From an uncultured Prevotella sp. (GTDB lineage: Bacteria; Bacteroidota; Bacteroidia; Bacteroidales; Bacteroidaceae): a stretch of DNA of 46,872 bases. Where the stretch lies: assembly GCA_964561385.1 (NCBI GenBank), contig CAZLPO010000001.1, positions 11,467-58,338 on the forward strand, given 5' to 3'. The notes below the pieces were generated by a model. It was not told where the DNA came from. It was given only the letters and a program-made list of their open reading frames with translations, and did no database searches. Both the position numbers and the translations under genes were made by a program. Within the stretch, counting starts at the first letter, position 1; the number at the start of each line of letters is the position of its first letter. Of this stretch, positions 44,101 through 46,872 are shown piece by piece.

Positions 44101-45062
44101 GCCGCATCAAGGCCATGAACCGCACGGACGGCCAGAACGGAGCCTGCTTCGTCGTCACCATTCCCAAGGGCAAGGGCCACCTCAAGGACGAGCAGATAGT
44201 CAGCGACAGCCCCGCTCGCGAAGTGCTCTCATCGGGCACCGGCAAGTCGCAGTTCCGACAGTTCCGCATACTCATTGCCGACGACGACCGCGAGATTGCC
44301 GACTACATCATCGGCGAGCTGGGCGACCGCTACCGCTTCGACCATGCGCCCAACGGCAAGGAAGCCCTGAAGATGCTGCTGACTGCCAACACAACAACTA
44401 ATGAGCAGATGGGCAGCAACCCGCACTACGACCTCGTCATCAGCGACGTCATGATGCCCGAGATGGACGGCATCACGCTGCTCAAGCGCATCAAGGACAA
44501 TCCCAACATCTCACAGATTCCTGTCATCATGCTCACCTCGAAGGTCGAGGTCGAACACAAGCTCGAGGGACTGAAGTCGGGCGCCGATGCCTACATCTCC
44601 AAGCCCTTCAGCATGGAGGAGCTGCACATACAGATAGACAACCTCATCGACAACGTGCGCCGTCTGCGCGGCAAGTTCAGCGGTGCCGTCTCACAGGAGG
44701 AGCGGGTCGAGAACATCGAGGTGAAGGGCAACGACGAGGCACTCATGGAGCGCATCATGCGCTCGGTGAACGCCAATATGTCGAACCCCGACTTCAACGT
44801 CGACATGCTGGCTGCCGACGTGGGCATCAGCCGCGCACAGCTGCACCGCAAGATGAAAGAGATGACGGGCATCGCCACCGGTAAGTTCCTGCGCAACCTG
44901 CGTATGGAACAGGCTGCACGACTGCTGCGGGAAGGCAAGATCAACGTGGCACAGGTGGCCGACCGCGTGGGCTACTCCGACCAAGCCCACTTCTCCACCG
45001 CCTTCAAGGCCCACTTCGGGCAGTCGCCGTCCGACTATCTCGAATCGCATCAGTCACGATAA
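41160..45062 (+). CDS. Hybrid two-component system (beta-propeller sensor, Y_Y_Y, His kinase, receiver, AraC HTH)
   Basis: Start MTAKRL (ATG 41160); repeated D-x2-G-x-W propeller blades, PPWY + TM helix, ATHDIRSPLT, NLLSNAFKY, GTGIGL, SDVMMPEMDG, C-terminal AraC HTH (VGYSD-x2-HFS-x-AFK). Confidence 0.95.
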   Translation: MTAKRLTSAILFHLLMLTTVIARTGQFIPSDRFSSGLINSIYQDQYGYMWIATENGLNKYDGYTFTSYLHQPGDSTSLASNVVISLYQDRQGRLWVGTRLGVSRYDYDTDRFVHYTFSTNEHPHVNHIIERKNGELLFGTSGRGLYALKDDILEKVPDGYTTGSGNWFYNQMMEDSQERFWKCGYGEEVTMKDRTGVHQMYVDQSIIAGIIEYGQEVLTICPHSIFSYRNGTFTKSDIDLTALGNDQVIMRTAFKDHLGNIYIGTRGDGLFMLPKSSRRLERVECTLNGLDLNTAKIWAISEDRMGNIWIGCQSKGLVILPSKETQFAAWSFSAQHYFIGSTITSLCQGAQNITWCTVQGSGVFGFDSTGRIVAHPAAPSSVESIYRDPQGRYWIGTDVALYAYDPLTGRYSLEVSLVGEKVNAIVGDDNGVLYISTYSRGFSCYDTKDGTLRKFLATDPESPRGRLCNNWVMAMLRDHAGRIWLATTAGVSCYDPKSDSFRSQGWEHLMDGMICYSICETKRGDILIGTDQGIYRYHPGDQEAKLFAEGNGLADKAIAYIAEARNGDIWCATSMGIWQFDVKKKQFIGHVNGNGLTNKEYVNSVGMSAGGDIIYFANNDGLTVFQPAMATGSHSQLPDVKLTGISFNGNRLSPLSDDYTVSYDDNSIVLQFSLLDFNNPANIIYEYRINDGKWMQTPEGQNSIQQSHLQPGTYKIEVRALAAGNYSPVKVITVHVTPPWYRSTWAYGVYLIGLIGLIGLIGLMLRRRAHQQMDEEKMKFLINATHDIRSPLTLIMGALGKLKEIKGEVSNAAQLSTPIDTIDRNAQRLLLLVNQILDERRLDKNQMQLHCRETNLVEFISGICKLYQYNAGQRNITFTFEHDKDHVLAWVDRINFDKVVSNLLSNAFKYTYDGGEVKVVLQEHDKDIEIQVVDNGMGFKGDDASHLFDRFYQGHNSVILGMQGTGIGLNLCRAITEMHGGRIKAMNRTDGQNGACFVVTIPKGKGHLKDEQIVSDSPAREVLSSGTGKSQFRQFRILIADDDREIADYIIGELGDRYRFDHAPNGKEALKMLLTANTTTNEQMGSNPHYDLVISDVMMPEMDGITLLKRIKDNPNISQIPVIMLTSKVEVEHKLEGLKSGADAYISKPFSMEELHIQIDNLIDNVRRLRGKFSGAVSQEERVENIEVKGNDEALMERIMRSVNANMSNPDFNVDMLAADVGISRAQLHRKMKEMTGIATGKFLRNLRMEQAARLLREGKINVAQVADRVGYSDQAHFSTAFKAHFGQSPSDYLESHQSR
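43410..43451 (+). repeat. Nonamer repeat (CTSATAGGA)x4.5 forming part of the HTCS transmembrane helix
   Basis: ctgatagga ctcatagga ctcatagga ctgatagga ctgatg; encodes LIGLIGLIGLIGLM. Confidence 0.85.
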
Positions 45063-45165
45063 AAATCCAGGAAAAAGCGCAAAAATTGCTGATTTGAACG
45101 ATTATCGTACACCCATGACACGTTTTTCTTGCAACGGAACTGCAGAAAATGCCTACCTTTGCAAC

Positions 45166-45303
45166 GTTAAATGGTAAAAGTAGTTATATGTAGTAGTATT
45201 GTTTAATAGTTATAATACTAATAGTTGATAGAGTTTTTTGAATACCCTGAAAGACGAAAGAACGAATGGCGGCGCGTAGTGATACGCGCCGCTGTTCGTT
45301 TCT
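45166..45303 (+). ncRNA. Candidate small RNA with its own promoter and a GNRA-capped 3' hairpin
   Basis: TACCTTTG at 45154-45161 with no convincing CDS after it; AU-rich body; 19-bp stem 45260-45278/45283-45301 with GTGA loop; a separate promoter (45370-45377) serves the next gene. Confidence 0.45.
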
Positions 45304-45400
45304 GGCCCCATAAACGTGTCCTGTAACGCGAAAAACGCCGCGATTCTTGCACAATACGAAAAATAGTGCTATCTTTGCATACAAACGTCAATTATTTGCA

Positions 45401-46771
45401 ATGAGAAAAAAGATCATAACCATCATCGTGGTGCTCACGAGCATGATGCAGGCTTGGGCACAGACCACACCGTTCGAGACAGCGACGGAGGCCGTCAGCA
45501 ACATGGGACTGGGCTGGAACCTGGGCAACACGCTCGACTCCAACTCGGGCGACGTCAGCAACATGTGGATTGAGAAGTGGTCGGGGCGCACGCCAGCCGA
45601 CTACGAGAAGGCGTGGGGACAGGTGCCTACCACGCAGGCCCTCATCGACATGATGCGCGATGCCGGCATCACAGCCATCCGCGTGCCCGTAACGTGGTAT
45701 CCACACATGGTGAAGACGTGGGCGTGGGTCAACGGCGGCACCGCCTGGGACCGTTCGAAGGCTCCCATTGCGAAGTATATGGACGAGGTGTGGATGCAGC
45801 GGGTGAAGCAAACGGTGGACTACGTCATCAGCGCAGGACTCTACTGCGTACTGAACGTCCACCACGATACCGGCGACGCGAACACAGCGTGGCTACGCGC
45901 CAGCATGACCAACTACTACCGCAACTGCAGCCTCTACGAATGGCTGTGGACACGCATCGCCGAGGAGTTCAAGGACTACGGCGACCACCTCATCTTTGAG
46001 GGCTACAACGAGATGCTCGACGACGAGGGGTCATGGTGCTTCGCCTCGATGAACTATCAGGGCGGCTACAACGCTGCGGCTGCTACCGACTCGTACAACG
46101 CCATCAACAGCTATGCCAAGTCGTTTGTCAAAGCCGTGAGAGCCACCGGCGGCAACAATGCCACGCGCAACCTGATGGTGAACACCTACGGCGCATGCAA
46201 TGGCGACGGCAACTGGAACACGCACCTCACAGACCCGCTCACCAAGATGCAGCTGCCCGACGACAACGCCACAGGCCACCTTATCTTCCAGGTGCACTAC
46301 TACCCCAGCTTCAGCACCATCAGCGAAGGGCGAAACAGCGTCAACAACCTCTGCAGCCTACTGAAGAACCGACTGGCTTCGAAGGGCGCCCCCGTTGTCA
46401 TCGGCGAATGGGGAACGGCGACTGACAGTCCTGTGAGCTATAGCCAGAAGAGCAGCATCTATCTGAGCTGGGCCGAGTACTTCGTGAACCGCGCCAAGGC
46501 CAACGGCATCGGCACCTTCCTGTGGATGGGCCTCAGCGACGGAGATTCGCGCAGCGTGCCTGAGTTCAACCAGCGCGACCTGCTGCAGGCCATCGTCAAG
46601 GGCTACTACGGCGAAGGCGGATACACCGGCATTCACGCCTCACGTCTCACGTCTCACGCCTCACGTCAAGTCTACGACCTGCAAGGACGTCGCGTCTCAC
46701 AACTTACGACCCACACCTCACGTCCTTCCCTCTACATCAAGGACGGCAAGAAGATGATTCTTGCGAAGTAA
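45401..46771 (+). CDS. GH5 (subfamily 4-like) endoglucanase/xyloglucanase with T9SS-type tail
   Basis: Start MRKKII (ATG 45401); GWNLGNTLD, IRVPVTW, LNVHHD, FEGYNE, VHYY, VVIGEWG; tail VYDLQGRRV...LYIKDGKK. Confidence 0.9.
   Translation: MRKKIITIIVVLTSMMQAWAQTTPFETATEAVSNMGLGWNLGNTLDSNSGDVSNMWIEKWSGRTPADYEKAWGQVPTTQALIDMMRDAGITAIRVPVTWYPHMVKTWAWVNGGTAWDRSKAPIAKYMDEVWMQRVKQTVDYVISAGLYCVLNVHHDTGDANTAWLRASMTNYYRNCSLYEWLWTRIAEEFKDYGDHLIFEGYNEMLDDEGSWCFASMNYQGGYNAAAATDSYNAINSYAKSFVKAVRATGGNNATRNLMVNTYGACNGDGNWNTHLTDPLTKMQLPDDNATGHLIFQVHYYPSFSTISEGRNSVNNLCSLLKNRLASKGAPVVIGEWGTATDSPVSYSQKSSIYLSWAEYFVNRAKANGIGTFLWMGLSDGDSRSVPEFNQRDLLQAIVKGYYGEGGYTGIHASRLTSHASRQVYDLQGRRVSQLTTHTSRPSLYIKDGKKMILAK
46633..46724. 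repeat. Heptamer repeat (TCACGYC)x5 plus a degenerate array in the GH5 C-terminal tail
   Basis: tcacgcc tcacgtc tcacgtc tcacgcc tcacgtc (46633-46667); tcacaac ttacgac ccacacc tcacgtc (46697-46724). Confidence 0.85.
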
Positions 46772-46790
46772 AGAACCTGTCATCAGAAAG

Positions 46791-46862
46791 TACGGAGGAG
46801 ACTGAATGTTCCCACGGTGGGAACATCCAGTCCGCTCGGAGCAAACCGTCAGTCCGCTCCGT
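46791..46862. repeat. Palindromic element with 22-bp-period repeats downstream of GH5 (runs to the window edge)
   Basis: atgttccca-cgg-tgggaacat (46806-46826); cagtccgctc at 46828 and 46850. Confidence 0.5.
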
Positions 46863-46872
46863 GCCCACCGCC

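Overview
Bacteroidales (Prevotella/Xylanibacter-like; inferred from TAnnTTTG promoters, an HTCS and T9SS-type C-terminal tails) window that is almost entirely a hemicellulose, mainly decorated-xylan, degradation cluster. It holds 18 CAZyme/esterase genes (GH97, GH43-CBM6, two type-B carboxylesterases, CE6, GH3, tandem CE1, GH31, BD-FAE-like esterase, GH51, GH8-CE15 fusion, GH2, GH5-GH43 fusion, GH43-like, GH10-CE1 fusion, secreted CE1-like, GH95, GH5), one hybrid two-component regulator, an orphan lipoprotein and an internally deleted DnaQ-like exonuclease remnant. No SusC/SusD pair, tRNA, rRNA, CRISPR array or intact mobile element is visible. The most unusual signals are sub-genic: (i) several families of 7-9 nt tandem repeats in signal peptides and linkers; (ii) near-identical signal-peptide cassettes shared by unrelated enzymes; (iii) FG/RG/Q/P/M-rich loops found only in enzymes lacking a T9SS tail; (iv) a shared unnamed module in two secreted enzymes; (v) a position-conserved candidate HTCS operator and a duplicated terminator-in-promoter cassette; (vi) a candidate sRNA after the HTCS. 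All family calls come from motif recognition by eye; no database search was run.
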